A DNA stretch of 36,587 nt, taken from Thelocarpon superellum (lineage: Eukaryota). A program made the position numbers and the translations under genes. Shown here one piece after another: positions 11,171-21,449 of this stretch. The notes below the pieces were generated by a model. That model saw only the letters and a program-made list of their open reading frames with translations. It had not been told where the DNA came from and did not search any database. The stretch is taken from assembly GCA_026025795.1 (NCBI GenBank), contig JAPEUG010000147.1:1-36587 (forward strand), in the 5' to 3' direction. Each line of letters opens with the position of its first letter. The first letter of the stretch is position 1.

Positions 11171-11600
11171 GGGGCGTCGCCGTTGCAGACGCCTCCGTGG
11201 TGCAGACCGAGCGAGTCCGACTCGGCACGGCTAGTGTGTACAGCACCAAGCGACAGACGCAGCCGAGCACCAGGCCCCAGTACATCTCGGGGCGTCAGGG
11301 GCCTGTAGGAGCGTCAGGGCCTTAACCATGATCCCTGGAACTCCCCACCTCTTAGCGAGCTTCGTTAGTCCTGCCGGCGGAACCTCGCCAGCGGAGCAAT
11401 GGAGCAGATCGATCGCTTAAACGGCCCGATATCACACGTTCCCCCACGACACCCGACCATATCGCCCGGACCAAAGCCCATCCCTACCGGCAGCTGGAGC
11501 CTCGGACGACGACGGAAGTCACCCCAATCCACGCCGACGACGACCGGCCAACGCCGAGGGCAACGGCGACGCCGACGCCCGCGTCTCCACATCCACAAAC

Positions 11601-12563
11601 ATGTCCCGTCATGTGCGCATCGAAGAGGTCAGCGACTCGGATTCGGCCGAGGACTCGGACCCCATGGACATGGACCCGGCGGACTTCGACCCGGCCAAGA
11701 TGGCCCGTCCGGCCGGCAATCCGTCTGTGATGAACCCGTCCAACATCCCGTCGGCCTATGCACAAGAGCCGAACTACACCTCCACGGCCGACGTGGAGAA
11801 ATACAGGAACTTCCAGTGCGTGTACCCGCTTTATTTCGACCGGACGCGCAGCCGAGCGCAGGGACGGCGCGTGGGCAAGGAATTGGCTGTCGATAGCCCC
11901 CTGGCCCGGGACATTGTCGACGCCGTGGGGAGCCTGGGATTACAAGCCCTGTTCGAGCCGGGCAAGATGCACCCCAAGGACTGGAGCAATCCCGGCCGGG
12001 TCAAGGTTCGAGTCAAGGTCGGCGGGGACCCGGTCACTCCGCGCGTTCACAATAGTACGTGAGGTTGTCGACCCGCCCCCCAGCCCCATCACCAGCAGGC
12101 GCATGATTAGCATAGTTAGTACGACTAGCACGAACGGCAAGACTGACATCACATCGCTTCGGCAACGACAGAACACCACCTCTACACACTAATCGCCGCG
12201 CACCTACGGGCGCACCCTACGACGGACGCATCGGCACGGCGCATGCTCATCCGGGGCCTGCCCCCACCGGATCCGAACAAGCCGCTCCCAGCCCCGGCGG
12301 TGCCTCGCGGATGGAAGATCAACGCCATTCTCCCGCTGCATTCGCCCGCGCTCACCGGCGGCGGCGTCAGCGAGGACATGATGAAGGAGATGTTGGCGGG
12401 GATGGGCCAGGGGTTGGGGGGGATGGGCATGCCTGGTCTTCCTTCTGGCATGGGGGCGGGCATGCCGGGGATGGGTGGACCGGGGCCAGCACAGGGACAG
12501 ATAGAGGACGGAGGAAGGGGGTCAAAGAAGACTAAAAAGGACAAGAAGAAGGCGAGAGCGTGA
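11601..12563 (+). CDS. SEC65: Signal recognition particle subunit Sec65/SRP19. Exons 11601-12054 and 12172-12563
   Basis: SRP19 motifs CVYPLYFD..RSRAQGRRVGKELAVDSP, EPGKMHPKDWSNPGRVKV and NKHHLY..IAAHLRAHPT. Fungal C-terminus with a Gly/Met-rich stretch and Lys-rich tail. Intron 12055-12171 (GTACGT..CTGAC..CAG). Confidence 0.95.
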
Positions 12564-13187
12564 TTGATCGGAGTTGCCGCCAATCCCATGAAAGGTGCAA
12601 TGCCTGAGGAAGAGGACAAAGGCCAAGTCCTGGGAGGCACTAGCGCACGCCTGTACAACCATCCAGGTCGGCACCTACTAGGTGCATATCCAGCGCATCT
12701 TGATTACTCAACTGATGAAGGCATGACCCGTCGGTCATGTGCTTCTAGCGCTAGCCTGATATCCACCCACATCCACCACAGCTTCCGTGGAGGGTGAGCC
12801 ATTGGCGAGGTTTAGGTTCGATAGAAAGACGTCGGGAGCCAAAAATGACACAAAAATGGATTCCTTGTCATCATCAAAAATACAAGTCACCTATTCGTCC
12901 GGACATCCCAAGCCCCTTTTCTCCACCGCCACATACACATCTGGCGTACATCCAAGACCGGAGCTGGTGAGAGAAAGAAAGATACAATCAACACCAACGT
13001 CATCCCAGATCCCAACACTCCCCCACCGGTAGAAGAAGCTCCAATCGAGTAACCTCTCGCGCCGAGCATGACGCGACCACGCCGGATGCCCCGTGCTGAG
13101 CCGGAAACAGCAGAGCGAGTGCGCCCGAGTTCAAGGACGCAGGCGCGGCACGGAGGCAACGGCGACGCGATGAAAGCGGTGCATAAC

Positions 13188-14369
13188 TTATGGCTTGGCG
13201 GCGAAGCCGAGCTGGGTGTTGCCACCGTCGAAGATGACGAACTGGCTCTTGAACATGATGTCGCCGAAGATGGACATGCCGAGACCCTGGTTGGATTGGA
13301 TCCCGCCGAAGCAGGTGTTGGCGTCCACCGGGGCGTAGTTGATCAGCGAGCCCGAGATGACGGCACGGTAAGCACCGACACCGAAGGTGAAGTCGGGCAG
13401 CGACGCCGAGCAGGGGAAGGTGTAGCCACCCTGGGTCTGGTCGTTCTGCGCACCCTGCACTTGGGAGTAGTAGTCGCTGACGATGGCATCGTCGGTCAGG
13501 AAGAGGGTGGTGCCCGTGTCGGCGATGGCGTCAATGCTCTGGGACTTGAAGGCGCCGCTGCCCACCTGGTAGCCGGTGCTGCTGAACTCCCAGAAGCCTT
13601 GAGCGCTGTTGACGGGCGTGTAGTTGATGGAGCCCGTGTACTTGGTGTCATCGATGAAGCCAAAGTCGTAGCTGCCCGGCTGATTGTGGCGCAGGTCGGC
13701 CGTGAAGATGGGAGCATCCAGGCTCGACGCGGCGTTGTCGAAGAAGGTCTTCTGTTGCTGCGGCTGCACCGTGTTGATCGAGCTGAAGCCGAGGCCGAGC
13801 AGACCGTCGCCCGTGCCTTGCGAGAAGGAGGAGCTGACTTGCTTGGCCAGCTCGACGGCCTGCGCCGCCACCGTGGTGCCTCCCACCACGACGGTGTCGG
13901 TGCCCACATCACCCGAGGCGCCGCTGCCGTCACCGTACTGGATGCTCCAGGTGTAGCCCGACAGCGACTTGAACGACTTGCTCTTCCTCGGCGAGTAGGC
14001 GTTGTGGTTCGCTTGCGACGCTTGTGGGAGCTCCGAGGAGAAGACCCAGAGGTCCGACGATCCCGTGTCGAAGTCGAGGCTCAGCTTCTGGCCACCGATG
14101 CTGACGGGGCAGAGGTATTCCTCGTCATAGGTGGTGGGCTGGGCGGGCTCGGTGCCATCGTTGCCGGCAGCGGCCACGACGGCCGGAGGCATCGTGGCAT
14201 TGTACTTGCCGAGGGCCTTGGCCAAGGCGGCCGGGCCGCTTTTGGACTTGAACGAGCTGTTGACCTCTTGCTTGACGGAGAAGCGGTTATTGCGCTTCTC
14301 CACCGGCGTCGCGCTGGCGAGGGACGAGAGGGCGGCCGAAGCCAAGACGATCTTGGAGAGGAGCTGCAT
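13188..14369 (-). CDS. Secreted aspartic protease, A1 family (aspergillopepsin/penicillopepsin-like), intronless
   Basis: Signal peptide MQLLSKIVLASAALSSLASA, a propeptide with KR, both catalytic motifs (DFDTGSSDLW, IADTGTT), flap WSIQYGDGS and C-terminal IFGDIMFKSQFVIFD..LGFA. Confidence 0.96.
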   Translation of the reverse strand: MQLLSKIVLASAALSSLASATPVEKRNNRFSVKQEVNSSFKSKSGPAALAKALGKYNATMPPAVVAAAGNDGTEPAQPTTYDEEYLCPVSIGGQKLSLDFDTGSSDLWVFSSELPQASQANHNAYSPRKSKSFKSLSGYTWSIQYGDGSGASGDVGTDTVVVGGTTVAAQAVELAKQVSSSFSQGTGDGLLGLGFSSINTVQPQQQKTFFDNAASSLDAPIFTADLRHNQPGSYDFGFIDDTKYTGSINYTPVNSAQGFWEFSSTGYQVGSGAFKSQSIDAIADTGTTLFLTDDAIVSDYYSQVQGAQNDQTQGGYTFPCSASLPDFTFGVGAYRAVISGSLINYAPVDANTCFGGIQSNQGLGMSIFGDIMFKSQFVIFDGGNTQLGFAAKP

Positions 14370-14463
14370 CGTGGCGGTGGAGGAGGACCCGGGGACTGGT
14401 GATGATGGCGGAGGCGGAGGTTGGACTGATGATGTTTCATTCTGGGGAGCAGATGGAGGGTCT

Positions 14464-14470
14464 TCTTATA
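14464..14470 (-). promoter_or_regulatory. Probable TATA box (TATAAGA) of the aspartic protease gene
   Basis: TATA-like motif ~95 bp upstream of the ATG. Confidence 0.5.
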
Positions 14471-17400
14471 GACTTCCATCGCCGACGCTGCTCGACCCCG
14501 TCCCACGGCACATGGGAGGACGATGGCCATCTTTCGTGGGGTCGTCTGGCCCAGCGGCCGACACGAAGGGGGAGGTGATCACACGAGTCGGTGAGGGCCG
14601 GACCCGACCAGACATGAGATGGCTTGGCGGACGCTTTGGCAGAGGTGGGGCGAGAACCCGGCCATGGCGGAGCTGTCCCGTTCGGGTAGGTGGTGCCTCA
14701 TGGAGCAGGTTCACGACCGGGCACCGTTGCTCGGCCCAGATGCCTGCTCGGATGCATGGACGGCGATAGCGTCCGCGGCACACCAGGGCAAGCGAGGTCG
14801 TGGGGAGAATGGCCGACGGCAAGGGCTTCCAGAAGGTCCGCGCATGGCACCGGCTTGACATCACCCTCGTCCTCCCTCAAGCACGGCCCATCCGTTGAGC
14901 CACGGTAAGGATGCTCACCAACGATGGCGCCCGTTGGCCCATGCTCTTCGTCATGATGGGCCCTCGAGCCGCGGAGGATGGAAGCCATCTTCTCCGATCA
15001 TGCCCGCAGCGGTACTAGGTGGCATGTGGCCTGGCGATGGACAACGTTGAGGTGTCTTTCACTGCTGCCGCCGCCACCGCTGCTGCGCGGAGGGTCGCTC
15101 GTGGGGGCAGCATGGGGGGGTACCTGCCGATCGCTGCGCGATGTCACGCAGCGGCGTCGGGCCCGATCCAGCTCGACCGCGCCGGTGGGAGGGGCGGCTG
15201 CGGTACTTGGTGGGAGTGGGGTAGATGGGAAGAGAGCTCTCCACGTCACATTTGGAGGGGCGTGGTCCGTGACTCGCTCGTACCTGCAGTGCGCCTCCTC
15301 GAGCTAAGCGTGATCCTGGTCGGCGCCGGCTGGATGGGCTAAGGCGATTGGATCGCCGCTCCGTCCGCTCATGGCGACAACTGTAGAGACCCTACCTCAT
15401 CGATCGTCCGGCGTAGTCGTGCTCGTGCGTGCTGTGGAGCGTCGATCATCTCGTGAATGGCCTTGGACGGCACATGGGAAACACGCCGACGCAGCTGCCG
15501 ATCTGGCGGGACGGGCGGAGTCCACGGTTGTCGCCATTCGCTTGTCGCGGAGTGAAGCTGGGCGTAGGCGACTCGGCCCTCCGTCAGGGACCTTGGGCGT
15601 GTGTCGGAGCCGAGCATCAGCGCAGCCCGAGCGAAAAAGGGAGTGGTGCGGTGCAAGTTGAGTAAGGCGTGGCGCTCGTCTCGGGGCCTTTGAGAAGAGG
15701 GTATCGCCCCTTCCTCGACGCGAGTCCCCCCATCCTTGGCGGACGTGGGATGGGCCGTGACAACTGCCTGGGTCCGTCAAGCGCCGTCCGGGTCGCTAAG
15801 GGTCAGATGGCCCAGGAGCGAAGGTGGGAGGGGTTGAGGGGCACGCGCCCGCCCGCTCGACCACCGTGCGCTCACCACGTCAACTCAATCGCCTCGGTCG
15901 CGATGGCGTCCGAAGGGAAGAGGGAAGAGGGAAGTGGGTGCATCGGTCGTTCGTTCGGCGAGTCGGCCGGTCGGGCGAGTCGCCGGGTCACGGTCGTCCC
16001 ATCGAGCGCGGTCTCCTCCAAGCCTCCGCTTCACGGATGCTTCGAACAGTGACCTTCTGGAACGGGTGCAGAGGGCGCTAGGGCGTCGCCCGACCGTCGA
16101 CGGCTACCGCCACCGTTGCCGGTCTGGGCAGTGACCGAAATAGTTTCGGAGCGAAAACATCATCGCTTGAGCGGGAACCATGGACAGAGGAGAGCCGGGC
16201 CCATTGAACTGGTTAGGGCGCACTATTCTCCTGCCAGGCCTGGATCTCCCCCGTGCATCAAGCCCGAAACATATGTAATCGATCGATGACGGTCGGACCA
16301 ACAGCGAGAATGAGGGTCCAGGGACGAGCGCTTGATCCTGGTCCGATGTTAAGACAACCTTCCGATGAGTGCTACTCGTCGGGCTTCGTGGAGCTTGACT
16401 GTCAAACGTCATGGCGTCATGCATAGCCTCATGCATGGCGGGGATCGCTCGGACACTACGACGGGACCATACTTCGGCCTTGCGTCTAAGCAGCATCAAC
16501 ACCACTGGATGTTGCTTCACAAGGCCCCACGTCTACCAATACAATGGTGCCGGGCCAATGTACGGAAACGAAGTCGCGCACGCGTCACTCGTCGCTCATC
16601 TCCTTGGAGTCTCGATGCTGAGTCACGGCTGTGCGGGGGGGAGGTTCGGCCTGAGCGGGGCATGTTGCTGCATCGCGATATTCCGCCAATGACCTGCCTC
16701 ACCTTGCACCACGTCCTTGATCTCGCCCGTTTCTGACTCGTTACTCCCTGATCTGTCGGCGGAGTCCACCCGTCCCAAGACGAGACTCCGCGCCTGCCCG
16801 TTCGTCGTACCCTCCCCACCCTCGACCCAATACCCATCCACTGCGACGTAGGGTCGAGTTGGCATGTGGTGGTGATGGCGGAGTGAGGGTTCGGCGATGG
16901 GTTTAAGCCTACGACAGATGTAGCAACCGTGCACGATTTAGCCTTTCCACTGAGTTGCCTCGGTCAAAGTGGCTTCGCGACCGTTGTTTGCTCTACGGGG
17001 ACCCGTGGTCGAGTTGACTGCCGAGTGAGGGGCACCCCACGCAAACATCATTGCCCTGCACGATGGCGAGAGAGGCATTCGGTCAAATTCGGCAACCGCG
17101 GTGGCTCTCACTTGGCATCGTCACATCACGGACGTAGACACGGGGTCGCTTGACCTCATACCTAGCACCTCGGCCGTCATAGCTGACCAAGAGGGCTGTC
17201 AGACGGGTGTGTTCCTGCCGGGAAACATCAGCAGAGACCGAAGTGAAAGGTGGATGCCGATGCCAAGACCACCCGCGTCTATGGGGGTGGGCTCACGGCA
17301 GCCATGGACCCGAGCGCGGTCCAAGATGGCAGCTCCCATCTCTTACGAGGAGGGCAGAGTGAGCCGGGGATTGCGGCGGGGGTGAGCAAGCCAGGAGGGC

Positions 17401-17645
17401 TGCGACTGTCATTGAGCACTATCGAGGGTACTGTACATCTCGCATGGGGTAGTGAGCCAGAGCTGGAGCGCTCGAGAGCTAAAGATCGGCCGCAAGGGCA
17501 GAAGGCTCGACTGGGAGGTAGAAGTGAGAACGCAACGATCCATGCCCTGCCTCGTGTGTTGTCTGGGTGCGCGCAGCGGCCGCGCCCGATGGAGACGGAA
17601 GTGCCTTCACCATGGGATCTCGTCCCTTCCTCCCCTCGTCGTCAC

Positions 17646-18407
17646 CTAGTGCTTCTTCTTGGACTCGATCGGGATGCGCTTCCACATGCCGACATGCGGA
17701 ATGCCACCCTCCTCCCACTCGCCCATCTCCTCGTCGAGTTGAAAGCCGGCGCGGGCGTACATTCCCTGGATGTAGGACTGTGAGTGTACCAGCACCAGGC
17801 CCTGCCAGCGCTGTTCCGGCTCGCCCTCGACCTTGGCGGCCTCGCGACTCGTGGGTGAGAGCGCGGGCAGGACGGCGTCCTGGTTCTGACTGGCCCATGC
17901 CAGGGCCGTGTCCATGAGGAGGCGGCCGAGCCCGAGGCCACGGTAGGCACTCAGGGTAGCGACGCGCGTCAGCTTGACATAGGGTTCTTTGCCGTCGTAG
18001 TGGATGCTCGTGTGCGTGGCCGACTTGATCAGCTCGAGGGAGAACATGGCGCCTGGGCGCTCGTGAGGCGGCGAATTGCCCGGATCCACTAGCGGCGGAT
18101 GTGGCGGCGGGACGAGACGGATCGTTCCCACGGGCACCGTGGCCGTTTCGCTCCCCTTGCGTTCGCCCGCCTGCGTGGGTACGGAGACGGAGGCGTACAC
18201 GACCCAGTGGAAGGAGCGGGCATCGTCTTCGTCCAGTTCGATCTCGACGGGGACTTGCTGCTCCTCAACGAAGACCTTGTGACGCACCGTCATGGCCTCG
18301 ATGAAGGTCGACGGCACGCTCTTGGGCTGGTCGTCGGCCGAGAGCGCCGGATCGTAGGCGGCAATGGCCTCGCCCGGAGGGGGCAGGAAGTTGATGAAGG
18401 TCGACAT
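17646..18407 (-). CDS. GNAT-family N-acetyltransferase (ElaA/YjcF-like)
   Basis: VRHKVFVEEQQVPVEIELDEDDARSFH, VGTIRL, acetyl-CoA motif RVATLSAYRGLGLGRLL and YARAGF..EEGGIPHVGM. The ATG at 18407 (GCCATG) is preferred to the non-ATG ORF start at 18689. Confidence 0.88.
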   Translation of the reverse strand: MSTFINFLPPPGEAIAAYDPALSADDQPKSVPSTFIEAMTVRHKVFVEEQQVPVEIELDEDDARSFHWVVYASVSVPTQAGERKGSETATVPVGTIRLVPPPHPPLVDPGNSPPHERPGAMFSLELIKSATHTSIHYDGKEPYVKLTRVATLSAYRGLGLGRLLMDTALAWASQNQDAVLPALSPTSREAAKVEGEPEQRWQGLVLVHSQSYIQGMYARAGFQLDEEMGEWEEGGIPHVGMWKRIPIESKKKH

Positions 18408-19264
18408 GGCTTCCGCCGCCTCGCGGAATGAATGCGTAGAGGGTGTGGGAGGGGCCGGCAAGGTCAGATCAGGAGGTGTGACGTCTGGCAGAGGAGCACG
18501 ATGGGGAAGACTTGGGGAACAGCGGTGACGCTGGTCGGCGGCGGAGAGAAACCTAGGTCGGTGGGCGTCGACGAAGATGAGCTGCGAGGGTTTCGAACCC
18601 GGCAGGCCAAAGGCTTGAGTTGGTGCACGACATTTCCCCGTTGAAGGAAGTCGCTGACTCGTCGTGAGTCGTGGTCTCGGCGCCGACACAGATGCTGATG
18701 GTGTCGTCTTGTGAGTGCGGTGAGGCGATGCGTCTTCCGCGGTTCGCCGAGAATTAAATACGTGGGCCTTCGGCGCGGTTAGTCGAGCCCGGCGGACTTT
18801 TCGGCCGTTGAGACGCCCCTATACCGATGAGCCTGGGTGAATTGTGCCGGCTCCCCAACCGCGTTGTGCCACCGGATGCATGCAACCACGCATCGGGCAC
18901 CTTCACCACTGCATAGCCATGGATTGCAGACCCCCCGCCGCCGTCATTGGCTATGCAGAATTTCCCTCGGCGGTGGGTCTCCCGAGTGGGGCATCTTTTC
19001 GTATTCACCCGGGAGCTCTCCCAGCCGATCGGTCGAAGGGCTTTGAGCTTTCCCTTAGCTTCACCACTACCATCTCTGGAGCCTGGCGCGATGTGTGCGT
19101 GAGAGGGGCCAACAACGTACGAAGTATATTGAGCTCCAACGACCCACCCTACCGGGCAGGGGATTAGGACCGAAGCTCGCGCGGGTCAAGTAATCTACAC
19201 GCGGGCGTGCGAAGAGAGATCTGTACGATACGGGACCGCGGCAGCCCGGTCAGGAACCACGTCG

Positions 19265-21009
19265 TCACCGCTTCTGCAGCGACGAGGGCACCCCAGTTAC
19301 TTTCGAGCCGCCTCCCATGACCGCCGGCGCCTTCTTGGGCCAGTCCTTGGCTAGGTCAATCCGCCCGCGGGGCGCCCACACCTCGAGGAAGACAAAGAGC
19401 AGGTAGTCGACAACGACGACCAGACAGAAGAGCTTCCCCGCCCAGATCCCACACCCGTAATAGCGCTTCAATCGGTCGATGAGTGCGAAGCTCTGGGGGC
19501 CGGCCCGTCCCCGGATGGCGCTCCACCCGGCCGCATCGCCGGTGTGGTAGCCGTAGAATTCCGCCTCGCTCAACACGCCGGAGATGCCGTGATAGACGCG
19601 TTCGGTGCGCTCGGCCACGTCGGTCCATGAGTACATCATCTTCACCTGGTCATGGAATCGATCGGTGCGGATGCGGTTGGCACGCAAGGCGGCGATGGCC
19701 TTGCCTGTCGCCGCCACCAGATCGTCCTCCTCCGGGCGGGCAAAGGCGGTCATATGAGGGGGGAGAACTTCGGGGATGCCACCGACGCGGGTACATACGA
19801 CGTAGAGTCCGCAGCTGGCCGCCTCAACGATGACGGTGCCGAACGCCTCGGTCAAGCTTGGGTGCAGGTAGATGTGACCCTGCACCATCACATCCCGCAC
19901 CTCCTCGTGCCGCACCGGCCCCAGCAACTTGACCCGGTCCTGCAGCACCCGCCGCTCGAGCATTTGCTCCAGGTCGATGGCCATGGGACCTGACCCGGCG
20001 ATGATGAAGCGCACGTTGGGATGCTCGGCGAGGATGCGCGGAATGACGGCAATCAGCAGATCGGTGCCTTTGTTGTAGAACAAGCGGGAAATGACAACGA
20101 TGGTGATGGTATCGTGCGGTCCGAGCCGCTGAGGTGGTGCCGGCGGCGGCAGCCCTGCCACCCGTGGTCCATCGCCGCCCTCGTCCGGACCAAGCTTAGC
20201 CAGGCCATGCCTCAGAGGCTCGAAGCTCTCCGCAACGACGGCGTTTGGGATGACGGAGACGGTCAGAGGATCGAGCGAGGCTCGCAGCACCGTATTCTCC
20301 TTGCTATCCAGCACCACGAGCGGTCAGCGACGGCGCGAGCGTCATATCACGCGTCCCATCTTCGTACCAGGTATGGCTCACGCAGATGACGTGATCGACA
20401 TCGCTCAGCGTGAACTTCAAGAGCTTGTTGGTGAGGATGCTCGCGGCGTCGGCGAAACCAAAGAGCGAATGGTCCGTAAAGACCGTTCGCAAGCCCATGG
20501 TTCGAGCGTGGAGGATGGCCTCGTGGCAGAGGTTGCTCAGGCTCGCATGGCCGTGGACGATCTCGATCTGCTCGCGGACGATGATGTTGCGGAAGACGGG
20601 AAAGAAGGAGAAGAAGGTGGGAAGGGTGGCCTCGCGATAGATGACGAAGAAAGGCACGTGGTAGACCTTGAGGCCGTTGGTGAGATAGCGCACGCCGGTT
20701 CGCCCGGAGTAGGCATGCGTGACGATGATGACCTTGTGTCCCCGGTCGATCAATTTCTGCACGTCACGTCTCCGTCAGATGGGATGCTGGTATCATGGCG
20801 GACGGGAGCGGCCGCACCGTCGAGAGTTGGTAGATGTGACTTTCCACGCCCCCTAGAGAGTCTCAGCGATTCCGACCTGCCCCAGCACGCAGCCGAGGTC
20901 GAGGCTGACCAGGTTGAGGAAAGAAAAAGTCACTGATCATCCTGTACCATCCAATGAGCACGAGCAGCATCGAGTGAGGAGATGAAGCATACGCAATATT
21001 ATAAGGCAT
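19265..21009 (-). CDS. GPI3: GPI-GlcNAc transferase catalytic subunit (Gpi3/Spt14/PIG-A). Exons 21009-20993, 20941-20910, 20852-20818, 20756-20368, 20303-19265
   Basis: The spliced N-terminus reads [37 protein letters not shown], then [23 protein letters not shown] and the EX7E motif in [18 protein letters not shown], with a C-terminal TM segment. Four GT..AG introns. Confidence 0.96.
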
Positions 21010-21449
21010 CTTGAGCTACGCGCCACGCGCCACGCGCTGGCGCAGCCCGAACCACGTTTCTCGTCGATCCATATGGATGGCCCACGGACACAGGACCTCC
21101 CGATCGAGTCGAGAGCACGAATGCTAGGATTGCATGGAAGGACCAGCGTCGCCGAGCACGACAATCTTCGGGAGGGAAGGTCCGTTCAGGAATGTCGAAG
21201 ACGTTTCGGCCTATGGGATGAGGCGACCGACCGGCGGTTCGTGGCTGCAGTGAACTCAATCTGAACTGAGCTGCACGAACAGGCGAGTCGTTCACACATT
21301 TTCTCTAGGACTGGCAAGAAAGGTCGAAGTCTTCTGATGACCTTACGATTACACGAGAATATCTTCTCCCATTGTCTGGGCTGATGGATATTCTCCTCGT
21401 GACCTAGAAAGCATGGGTTTGGTAAGACATTCTGGCCATCGCTCCGGTC

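Noticed and set aside
11399..11896. 165-aa ATG-initiated ORF overlapping the SEC65 start
   Set aside because: Arg/Pro-rich off-frame translation with no domain, and no evidence that its ATG is within the transcript.
13068..14402. 444-aa plus-strand ORF
   Set aside because: It is the antisense shadow of the codon-biased protease gene and has no recognisable domain.
14620..17400. About seven PacC-like GCCARG sites upstream of the protease
   Set aside because: The count is close to my rough chance expectation (~5) for 3.3 kb at ~60% GC.
8736..18407. Aminotransferase + protease + GNAT as a possible biosynthetic cluster
   Set aside because: There is no backbone enzyme, transporter or cluster regulator, and the genes are interrupted by the housekeeping gene SEC65.
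18408..18689. N-terminal extension of the GNAT ORF
   Set aside because: It has a non-ATG start and a low-complexity translation; family-like sequence begins at the ATG at 18407.
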